From NCBI GenBank assembly GCA_903894975.1, contig CAITSE010000040.1:1-10468 (forward strand): 10,468 nucleotides of DNA, in the 5' to 3' direction. Shown here one piece after another: positions 1 to 6,240 of the stretch. The notes under the pieces were generated by a model. It worked only from the letters and a program-made list of their open reading frames with translations, had not been told where the DNA came from and made no database searches. The DNA comes from an uncultured Lentisphaerota bacterium. Lineage in GTDB: Bacteria > Verrucomicrobiota > Lentisphaeria > Oligosphaerales > CAITYL01. The position numbers were made by a program, and so were the translations under genes. How positions within the stretch are numbered: the stretch's first letter is position 1; each line of letters opens with the position of its first letter.

Positions 1-30
1 CTGACCCCTGACCCCCGACCCCCAAACCCT
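1..30 (-). repeat. Partial cluster of CCCYGAC/CCCCGAC heptamer-like units at the window edge (reverse complement GTCRGGG/GGGTT-type), same family as the GGGTTCR repeats elsewhere
   Basis: Direct reading: ctgacccctgacccccgacccccaaaccc; C-rich-strand version of the GGGTTCA/GGGGTCG units seen at 1041, 3146, 7782, 8403 and 9404. Confidence 0.5.
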
Positions 31-96
31 TTCCCATCAGGGCAGGATTTTGTTACCCTTTTTTTTGCGGTATAGTTTCAGAGCTATGCGTCCTGG

Positions 97-1185
97 TTGT
101 CGCATGAGGATCTGCCCGTGACCGCCACCCCTTCTGAATCTTCCGGTTCCGCCGCGGCGTTCAATCCTGGCGCGGTGTTGGGGCAATACCGTATTGTCCG
201 CCTGCTCGGCCGCGGCGGGATGGGCGAGGTGTATGAGGTGGAGCATGCCGTGCTGCACCGGCGGTATGCGTTGAAATTGCTGCCGGCGGAGTTCGCCGCC
301 GCGTCCGGCGCGCTGGAGCGGTTCCAACGCGAGGCCCGGGTGATGGCGGCCTTGGAGCATCCGAATATCCTCCAGGTCGATGACTTCGGCGAGACCGGCG
401 GCCGCTACTGGCTGCGCATGGAACTGGCCAACGGCGTCAATGCCGCCGGGAAGCCATGCGTCTCCCTGGCCGATTGGGTGGAAGCAAAAGGGGGGAAATT
501 GGATGCGGCGCGGGCGGCGGGCGTGCTTGGGCATATTCTTTCCGGCCTGGCCCACGCTCACAAACGCGGCGTGGTGCATCGCGACCTCAAGCCCGCCAAC
601 ATCCTGCTCCTGACCGCTGCCGATGGGAAGACGGAGGTCAAGATCGCCGACTTCGGCCTGGTACGGCTGGTGGGTGAGGAATGGGTGCGGGGGCGCGCCG
701 AGCAATCCATACGTTTGTCCATGAGCCTGGGCGACCAGCGGACCATGGCCCCGGACGGCGGGTCTTCCACCGGGTCGCTGATCGGCACCTATGCCTACAT
801 GAGCCCCGAACAGAAGCGCGGCGCCGAGGCCGACATGCGCAGCGACGTCTACGCCATGGGCCTCATCGCCTACCGCCTGTTCACCGGGCGCAAGCTGGGC
901 CTCAAGAAGCCGTCCGAACTAGTGCCCGGCCTGGCCCCGGCCTGGGACACCTGGATCATGACCGCGCTGGAGGAAGCCCCCGGCGATCGCTTTGCCGATG
1001 CGGGCGAGCTCCTGGCCGCCATGCCGGACGCGGGGGATGAGGGTTCAGGGTTCGGGGTTCAGGGGTCGGGGACGAACCCGCAACCCGCAACCCACAACCC
1101 GCGGTTCAGGGTTCAGGGTTCGGGGTTCAGGAAAAAGAACCCGCAACCCACAACCCACAACCCGCAACCCATTCCGGCTGGCTGA
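97..1185 (+). CDS. Hanks-type (eukaryotic-like) Ser/Thr protein kinase. The catalytic domain ends near nt 1040; the last ~45 codons are translated heptamer repeat
   Basis: Glycine-rich loop LGRGGMGEVY, lysine in YALKLL, catalytic loop HRDLKPANILL, DFG (IADFGLVRL), SPE-type activation-segment end (YMSPEQ), subdomain IX DVYAMGLIAY. The track start at 97 is TTG; an in-frame GTG at 118, preceded by GAGGA at 106-110 with a 7-nt spacer, is a more plausible start. The C-terminal residues ...GSGFGVQGSGTNPQPATHNPRFRVQGSGF... are a translation of the GGGTTCR/AACCCRC repeat. Confidence 0.85.
   Translation: MSHEDLPVTATPSESSGSAAAFNPGAVLGQYRIVRLLGRGGMGEVYEVEHAVLHRRYALKLLPAEFAAASGALERFQREARVMAALEHPNILQVDDFGETGGRYWLRMELANGVNAAGKPCVSLADWVEAKGGKLDAARAAGVLGHILSGLAHAHKRGVVHRDLKPANILLLTAADGKTEVKIADFGLVRLVGEEWVRGRAEQSIRLSMSLGDQRTMAPDGGSSTGSLIGTYAYMSPEQKRGAEADMRSDVYAMGLIAYRLFTGRKLGLKKPSELVPGLAPAWDTWIMTALEEAPGDRFADAGELLAAMPDAGDEGSGFGVQGSGTNPQPATHNPRFRVQGSGFRKKNPQPTTHNPQPIPAG
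1041..1170. repeat. Heptamer repeat cluster: (GGGTTCR/GGGGTCG)4 - (AACCCRC)4 - (GGGTTCR)4 - (AACCCRC)5, i.e. alternating G-rich and C-rich blocks that can pair into imperfect hairpins
   Basis: Direct reading of 1041-1070 gggttcagggttcggggttcaggggtcgggg, 1071-1100 acgaacccgcaacccgcaacccacaaccc, 1101-1130 gcggttcagggttcagggttcggggttcag, 1137-1170 gaacccgcaacccacaacccacaacccgcaaccc. G-rich blocks satisfy G3+N1-7 x4 (G-quadruplex motif). Confidence 0.8.
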
Positions 1186-1193
1186 AATGGGCG

Positions 1194-2579
1194 GTGGTGG
1201 GGCTGGGGCTGGCGGGCGTGGTTGCGGGGGCGTTTCTGGTGTGGCCGCGGCTGTTTCCGGCGGAGCAGGGGGTAGAGCGCAGGGTTCAGGGTTCAGGCGG
1301 TGGAGTGGAGAATCCTTCCGTTTCCAGTTCCCCGCCGCCGGGTGCAAACCCGCAGCCTATATCCCAGATCCCGGCGCCGGCGCCGCCGCCCCCGCAAGCC
1401 GTCATACCCCTGACCGCGCCGCCGGTGAAGCCGATCGTGCCGCCGGCGCCGTCGCCGGCCGTGACCACGCCGGCCGCGCCTGCGTCCACGATTCTTTTCC
1501 AAGACAATTTTGATGCCTACCCGGCCGGCACGTTTCCCGCTGGGTGGACCCTGCGGTACAATGGCCCCGGGACACAAAATCAGTATGTGGACAAGACGTA
1601 CTTCGTCTCATCCCCACAGGCCTTGCATCTGGTCGGTTCGGGAAGCTGGTCTGGCAACGCCTATCATCCGATAACCTTTCCGGCCAATTCCGTCTCCAGG
1701 GTGAGGGTCACGGCAAAGGTCTTGCTTGATCGCATTGTGTCAGGCGGAGCCTCCCCGGTTTTGGCCAGGGTTTGCCTGGAGAACCCGAGTTTAAGCACCT
1801 GGGGAACAGCTTTTGCCGCTGTGGAATTCCAGGCTGACGGGAATCTCTACGCGGCGCAAAGCAATGGTGGAAATTGCGTAAAACTTATGCCCTATCAGGC
1901 CAGGACCTGGTATACCATCCGGATCTATGTGGATTTCGCAACCCGGAGCTTTCGCGTGTCCGTCAATGGCGTCACCAAGGCGTCCGGCCTGAAAATAATG
2001 GATGCCGGTTTGCCAACCGGAGTGGAGTTGACCGCGGGACACGGGGACTCTCCCACGGCCTGGTTTGACGATGTGATGATTACCATCTTCCCGTCCGGGG
2101 GCGCGCCGGGACGCGTCGCCGCCAAAGAACCACAGGGATGGGAAGCGGCATGGAAGGCCGCGACCGGGTTCGATACCGAGGTCACAAAACTGAAACTCTA
2201 CAAAGGGATGGTCTGCGGCAGTCAATGGAATGTCGGCGCCTGCCTGTCACAGACGGGAGGAACGGCGTCGGTAGGCGGGTTGAGTCATCAGTTGTTTGCG
2301 CCGGGGAAGGGAACCTTCGATTTTCCCGCCGGCGGGTATGTGGGGTTTTCCTACAATGACGGAAAGAATCCGAAAAATCCGCTTACCATGACGCTCTACC
2401 ATGCCAACGGCTCGGTTCTGGCCGTCATCGGTGAAAGAGGCAAATTTGTGGCGTATGGCAACGGGAAATTCATGTTTGTCGACGAGGGTGATTGGCACGG
2501 GTACTACATCACGAAAACTCCGGTCGCCGACGGTTCCAGCGCGACCTGGAAGCACACGGGGTATGTCGCTGGCAACTAG
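1194..2579 (+). CDS. Membrane-anchored protein: N-terminal TM helix, Pro-rich linker, ~370-aa beta-rich extracytoplasmic domain of unknown family. It is possibly the C-terminal (sensor) portion of the upstream kinase separated by a frameshift in the repeat tract
   Basis: GTG start; VVGLGLAGVVAGAFLVWPRLF hydrophobic helix; PPPGANPQPISQIPAPAPPPPQAVIPLTAPPVKPIVPPAPSPAVTTPAAPAS linker; then ILFQDNFDAYPAGTFPAGW... with no recognised catalytic motifs. Frame 0 is open from nt 1041, so it overlaps the kinase frame across the whole repeat. A GGGTTCAGGGTTCAGG copy lies in-frame at 1283-1300. Confidence 0.7.
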   Translation: MVGLGLAGVVAGAFLVWPRLFPAEQGVERRVQGSGGGVENPSVSSSPPPGANPQPISQIPAPAPPPPQAVIPLTAPPVKPIVPPAPSPAVTTPAAPASTILFQDNFDAYPAGTFPAGWTLRYNGPGTQNQYVDKTYFVSSPQALHLVGSGSWSGNAYHPITFPANSVSRVRVTAKVLLDRIVSGGASPVLARVCLENPSLSTWGTAFAAVEFQADGNLYAAQSNGGNCVKLMPYQARTWYTIRIYVDFATRSFRVSVNGVTKASGLKIMDAGLPTGVELTAGHGDSPTAWFDDVMITIFPSGGAPGRVAAKEPQGWEAAWKAATGFDTEVTKLKLYKGMVCGSQWNVGACLSQTGGTASVGGLSHQLFAPGKGTFDFPAGGYVGFSYNDGKNPKNPLTMTLYHANGSVLAVIGERGKFVAYGNGKFMFVDEGDWHGYYITKTPVADGSSATWKHTGYVAGN

Positions 2580-2639
2580 TGCGGGTTCAATGAAGACGCG
2601 TGAAAATTTGGGGCCGGCACAACGAGTTCACGGAACGGC

Positions 2640-2760
2640 AAGGACGGATTGATGATAAAAATAAATAGCACGGGTCGTTTGTAAATTAAAATAAAATGAT
2701 ATAGATTGAGCGTATGAAAAACGAGTTTGGCGATAGGAGTTGTGGAGTGTGAGGCGCAGT
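2640..2760 (+). promoter_or_regulatory. AT-rich island in a GC-rich background upstream of the HTH gene; candidate sigma70-like promoter (TTGTAA 2669-2674; TATAGA 2690-2695 or TAGATT 2692-2697)
   Basis: gatgataaaaataaatagcacgggtcgtttgtaaattaaaataaaatgatatagattgagcgtatgaaaaacgag; spacer 15-17 nt between hexamers. No transcript data, so this is inferred. Confidence 0.35.
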
Positions 2761-2781
2761 CAAGCATGAGGCGAGACGACC

Positions 2782-3144
2782 ATGGTGGATGAAACCAAAA
2801 ACTATCTGACTTTGGAAGAGGTCGCGGACCGGCTGGGAGTGCATTACCAGCTCATCTACCGGTTGGTGCGTGACGGCGAGCTGCCGGCGATCCGGCTGGG
2901 CCGGGTGTACCGGGTGGAGACGACGGATCTGGAGGCCTTCCTCCAGGCGTCAAAGACGGCGCGGGTGCGTTCGCCGGGGGCGGAGCCGCCGGCGGCGTGC
3001 AGCGCCTGCGGCAAGGTCTACAAGAGCCGGCAGTCGCTGACCCAGGAATGTGAAGAGTGCAGCAGCCCGATTTGCGCGGATTGCTGGAGCCGGCGGAAGG
3101 TGCGCAAGTGCAAGGAGCATGGGGGCGGCGGTGGGGGTGGGTGA
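2782..3144 (+). CDS. Excisionase-family (Xis/MerR-like) helix-turn-helix DNA-binding protein with a C-terminal Cys-rich zinc ribbon and poly-Gly tail
   Basis: LTLEEVADRLGVHYQLIYRLVRDGELPAIRLGRVYRVETTDLEAFL matches the excisionase-type HTH pattern (TIGR01764-like). C-terminus CSACGKV...ECEECSSPICADCW has three CxxC-type pairs. The ORF ends in GGGGGGG encoded by the start of the heptamer tract. Confidence 0.85.
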   Translation: MVDETKNYLTLEEVADRLGVHYQLIYRLVRDGELPAIRLGRVYRVETTDLEAFLQASKTARVRSPGAEPPAACSACGKVYKSRQSLTQECEECSSPICADCWSRRKVRKCKEHGGGGGGG

Positions 3145-3145
3145 A

Positions 3146-3178
3146 GGGTTCAGGGTTCGGGGTTCAGGAAGGGCTGGG
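3146..3178 (+). repeat. GGGTTCAGGGTTCGGGGTTCAGG heptamer cluster (G4-capable) immediately after the HTH gene
   Basis: Direct reading: gggttcagggttcggggttcagg followed by aagggctggggttcc. Confidence 0.8.
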
Positions 3179-3185
3179 GTTCCGA

Positions 3186-3253
3186 ACAAATCCAAAATCG
3201 GCAATCCAAAATCCAAAATCAATAATCGGCGATCGGCAATCGAAAATCGGCTG
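3186..3253 (+). repeat. A-rich 'AATCCAAAATCGGCAATCC' repeat block; contains a 24-nt motif AATCGGCAATCCAAAATCCAAAAT (3196-3219) also present at 7890-7913
   Basis: aaatccaaaatcggcaatccaaaatccaaaatcaataatcggcgatcggcaatcgaaaatcggctg; internal near-repeats of AATCGGCAATC and AAAATCCAAAATC. Immediately followed by RBS TAAGGAGG (3254-3261) and ATG 3269. Confidence 0.6.
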
Positions 3254-3268
3254 TAAGGAGGTTGAATC

Positions 3269-4891
3269 ATGGGTCTTTTCTCTGACAATTGCCCGGAGTG
3301 TGGCACCAACGTGCGGCGTACGGCGAAGTTCTGCGGCAAGTGCGGGAAGCCGGGGCCGAAGAGCTGGTTCAAGTGTCCGTCCTGCCGGAAATGGGTGGGC
3401 GGGGATTCGGAGTTTTGCTGGAACTGCCATGCGGCCTTGCATCCGAACCAGCGCGGGGTGATGTCCGGCGGCATCTGGCAGCGCCCGGCCGGGATGTTCG
3501 CCCAACGTTTTGACGTGGACGATCTGCGCGGCCAGCTTGGCAAGGGCGTCATGGTTCAGGCCGGCACCTCCGCGGTGCTTTTGGACCAGGGCGTGCTCAA
3601 GGACGTGCTGGAGCCCGGCCGGCACACGCTCGACAGCCTGATGCAGCGGCTGCTGCACTGGGGTGAACCGGCCCCGCGCACCGTGATCCTGGTGGATGAC
3701 GGGGACGTGGTGCTGCCGTTGCGCATCGAGGGGTTGCGGACGCGTGAGGAGATGCCGGTCGAGTTTTACGGCGAGGTCGCCATCCATTTCCAGGCCGCGG
3801 GCGCGGATCGGCTGGTGGCGAACCTGCTGAAGGAAAAGCGGGAGGTGACCTGCCTGGAGATCACGGAGCATCTGGCCGGCGAGATCCGGTACGCCGTGCA
3901 GAACCTTTGCCAGCAGTCGCTGATGGAAGAATTGATCCGCGACCCGGAGCGGCGGCTGCGCTTGGAGAACACTCTCCAGCAGACCTTGTCCGCGGCGCTG
4001 GACCGGTTGGGGCTGGCGCTGGTGCGGGTGGCGTCGGCGGAGTTCGCGGGAACGGAATACGAGGCCATCCGCGAGAAAATGGGCGGGGTGGAACTGAAGC
4101 GGCGCGAGATTGAGTTTGACCAGCGGTTGCGGGAACTGCTGTCTTCGGACCAGATGCACCAGTTCAAGAACGAGCACGAGCTGGAGGAATACGTCAGCCA
4201 GCTCGCCCAGGAAAAGAATATCAGCGCTTCGCACCGGAACCAGGAGTTGGCGCTGTTGAAGCAGGTGCAGCGGCATGAGTTAGAGGGACACGAGGCGGAG
4301 TTCCAGATCCGGCGGGAACAAGAGCAGGCGGAGCACGAGATCGGCATCAAGGTCAAGTGGGACGATTACGGCCGCGACAAATCGCTTAAGGACGAGCGCA
4401 CCACGGACGAGATCGAGACGATCCGCCGCAAGCGCGAGGATGAAGAAGTCAAACTGGCCCTAACCTGGCGCCAGAAGAAGCAGCAGCTTGAACGCGAGCA
4501 CGAAGGGGAGCTGAAACGCTTGGAGCGCGACGACCTGGCCGAGCGCGGCCGGATCTTCTCCGGGATGAATCTGGAGACGATGCTGGCCACGATCGAGGAT
4601 CCGGCCCGGCGGGCGCACCTGCTGGAAATGCAGCAGCAACTGCAAGCGGCCGGGAAGACGCCGGCGGAGATCCTGGCGATGCAGGCGGGCCGCTCCCCGG
4701 CCGCGGCCGCGGCGTTGCAGGAAATGCTGAGGTCGAACCGGGAATTGCTCGAGTCCGAATTCAAGGAGCGGCAGCGGATCTCGGACGATGGCGCCAAGCG
4801 CCTGGAAGAAGTGATGAAAAAAGCGTTGGAAGCCGTGGCCGAGGCCGCCAAGCGCAGCGGCGGCGGCGGTCCCGTGAACATTGTGACGTGA
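3269..4891 (+). CDS. Three-part protein: N-terminal double zinc ribbon, a Band_7_1 / SPFH-like domain (YdjI-type), and a ~300-aa highly charged E/R/K/Q-rich coiled-coil C-terminal region
   Basis: Strong RBS AAGGAGG 7 nt upstream. CPECG...CGKCG and CPSC...CWNC zinc-ribbon pairs. KGVMVQAGTSAVLLDQGVLKDVLEPGRHTLDS matches the LIVRESQAAVF..G.i.DvF.PG.YTLDT signature of the SPFH-like Band_7_1 family. The region from ~REIEFDQRLRELL to EEVMKKALEAVAEAAKR is heptad-like and charge-rich. Confidence 0.85.
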   Translation: MGLFSDNCPECGTNVRRTAKFCGKCGKPGPKSWFKCPSCRKWVGGDSEFCWNCHAALHPNQRGVMSGGIWQRPAGMFAQRFDVDDLRGQLGKGVMVQAGTSAVLLDQGVLKDVLEPGRHTLDSLMQRLLHWGEPAPRTVILVDDGDVVLPLRIEGLRTREEMPVEFYGEVAIHFQAAGADRLVANLLKEKREVTCLEITEHLAGEIRYAVQNLCQQSLMEELIRDPERRLRLENTLQQTLSAALDRLGLALVRVASAEFAGTEYEAIREKMGGVELKRREIEFDQRLRELLSSDQMHQFKNEHELEEYVSQLAQEKNISASHRNQELALLKQVQRHELEGHEAEFQIRREQEQAEHEIGIKVKWDDYGRDKSLKDERTTDEIETIRRKREDEEVKLALTWRQKKQQLEREHEGELKRLERDDLAERGRIFSGMNLETMLATIEDPARRAHLLEMQQQLQAAGKTPAEILAMQAGRSPAAAAALQEMLRSNRELLESEFKERQRISDDGAKRLEEVMKKALEAVAEAAKRSGGGGPVNIVT

Positions 4892-4907
4892 GCGGGAACA
4901 TGCCGTC

Positions 4908-6212
4908 ATGAAACTGTCGTCCTGTCCAACCTGCGGCCGCGAAACCAGTTCGGGAGCTTATTATTGCCCGGGCTGCGGCGAGAAACTGCGCGGCGGCGCC
5001 GGGGCTGACGCGCCGGCGATGCCGGTCGCGGCGGCGGCGCGGGCGTTTGCGGCCGGCGGTCTGGAGCACCCGGCGCTGGGACTGCGGGGCATGGCGCTGA
5101 TGGACGGAGGCCCAGTGCTGAAGCGGCTGGACGCGTGGGTGCTGGACCGGCTCAGGCTGACGCGGTACGGCGCGAAAACGGAAGTGCCGACGGTGCTCTG
5201 CGAGACCGGCGAGGAATTCTACGGCGCGCTGTTCGCAGACGAACCGCTCTCCCAGGCGCAGATGCGGGAGCTGCTGGCGGCCCAGCTCGCCGCGGCCCAG
5301 GCGCAGGCCGAAGACGGCGGCGGCATGTTCGGCCTGTTCCTGGGGGCGCACGGTTGCCTGGTCAACGGCTGGCTGTTCCGGGAGTTGGCGGGGCTGGACT
5401 CGGTGGCGGCGTGCCTGAAGCGGCCGGAGGTGGCCGCCCGGATCTTCACCACGGCGGCCCATGAAAAATGGGGGCATGGTTTCATCAGCACCTGCACGGA
5501 GCTGGGGCGCGAGGCGGCGGCGCTGGACCTGGACCGGTTTCATTATGCCCGGCGCTTTCCCGCCCAGACCGTGACCACGCCGCGCGGCGTGCTGCTGCGG
5601 GAAAAATCCCAGGCGGTGTTCCAGGCCTCCCGGTTTGTCGAGGAAGGCTGGGCCTCCTGGGTGGATCAGCTTGCGGGGCGGAACCTGGCGGCCATTCTGC
5701 CGGAATGTCCGGAAGGCGGCGGCGGACACACTCTGCCGGAGCCGGAAACCCTGCTGGCGGCGCTGGCCGATGTCCTGCCGCCCGCCGGTATGAAGGCGAT
5801 GACGGTGTTGCTGCGACCCGGCGCGGGCACGCCGGAGCAGGCGACGGCGGCCATGGCGTGGCTGGAGGAGGCCGAAGAAAAGCTGAACGCATTTTTCACG
5901 GCGCGCTTTCATCGGCCGGCCCGGTATGTCGTCGGCCAGGCCATGTGCGCGGCGCTGGCGGCGCGGCTGGGGGAACGGGCGGTCCCGGCGGCGGTGGCGC
6001 TCGCGGGAAACGTCCGGTATGAACTTGAAAAGACCAGTGTGTCAGACCTGGTTTCGGTGGTGGCGGGCAATTCCGGGCTGAACATGAATCGGCGTCTGGC
6101 GGCGCTGCTGGCGCTGGCGGCCGCGGTGCCGCCCGGCGGGGATGCCGCCGTGGCGTTGGCGCGGGCGGCGCACGACCGGCTGAGCTGGACTGTGCCGGAG
6201 TGGGCAAGATAA
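4908..6212 (+). CDS. N-terminal zinc-ribbon protein with an Ala/Leu-rich C-terminal domain of unknown function (contains HEKWGH)
   Basis: CPTCG...CPGCG zinc ribbon in the first 25 aa; 17-nt gap from the upstream gene, so it is operonic. No confident family match beyond the zinc ribbon. HEKWGHGF is HExxxH, not a canonical HExxH zincin motif. Confidence 0.75.
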   Translation: MKLSSCPTCGRETSSGAYYCPGCGEKLRGGAGADAPAMPVAAAARAFAAGGLEHPALGLRGMALMDGGPVLKRLDAWVLDRLRLTRYGAKTEVPTVLCETGEEFYGALFADEPLSQAQMRELLAAQLAAAQAQAEDGGGMFGLFLGAHGCLVNGWLFRELAGLDSVAACLKRPEVAARIFTTAAHEKWGHGFISTCTELGREAAALDLDRFHYARRFPAQTVTTPRGVLLREKSQAVFQASRFVEEGWASWVDQLAGRNLAAILPECPEGGGGHTLPEPETLLAALADVLPPAGMKAMTVLLRPGAGTPEQATAAMAWLEEAEEKLNAFFTARFHRPARYVVGQAMCAALAARLGERAVPAAVALAGNVRYELEKTSVSDLVSVVAGNSGLNMNRRLAALLALAAAVPPGGDAAVALARAAHDRLSWTVPEWAR

Positions 6213-6240
6213 ACAGTAGTGAGAGCTGGGAACGATCCTC

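Noticed and set aside
37-705. 222-aa minus-strand ORF antisense to the kinase
   Set aside because: Fully overlaps a CDS with unmistakable kinase motifs on the other strand. Long antisense ORFs are expected in GC-rich DNA, and the product has no recognisable features.
1041-1130. Telomeric repeat (GGGTTCA resembles TTAGGG/TTTAGGG-type telomere units)
   Set aside because: Arrays are short and internal, flanked by bacterial-style genes with SD sites and operon spacing. The family is interspersed in both orientations, which fits a bacterial interspersed repeat rather than chromosome ends.
992-1513. 173-aa + strand ORF spanning the repeat tract, plus the 1045-1347 minus-strand ORF
   Set aside because: Translation of GGGTTCR/AACCCRC repeats (GSGFRVRGSG...); out of frame with both flanking real genes.
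3164-4276. 370-aa minus-strand ORF (also 3766-4356, 4366-4881 and 4460-4909 minus-strand ORFs)
   Set aside because: Antisense to the ZnR-SPFH gene, which has a strong RBS and clear domain signatures. The products are low-complexity (R/Q/L/S-rich), typical of spurious high-GC reading frames.
4761-5912. 383-aa minus-strand ORF and nested 5135-6022 ORFs
   Set aside because: Antisense to or out of frame with the 4908-6212 zinc-ribbon gene. Arg/Pro/Gly-rich low-complexity translation and no start context.
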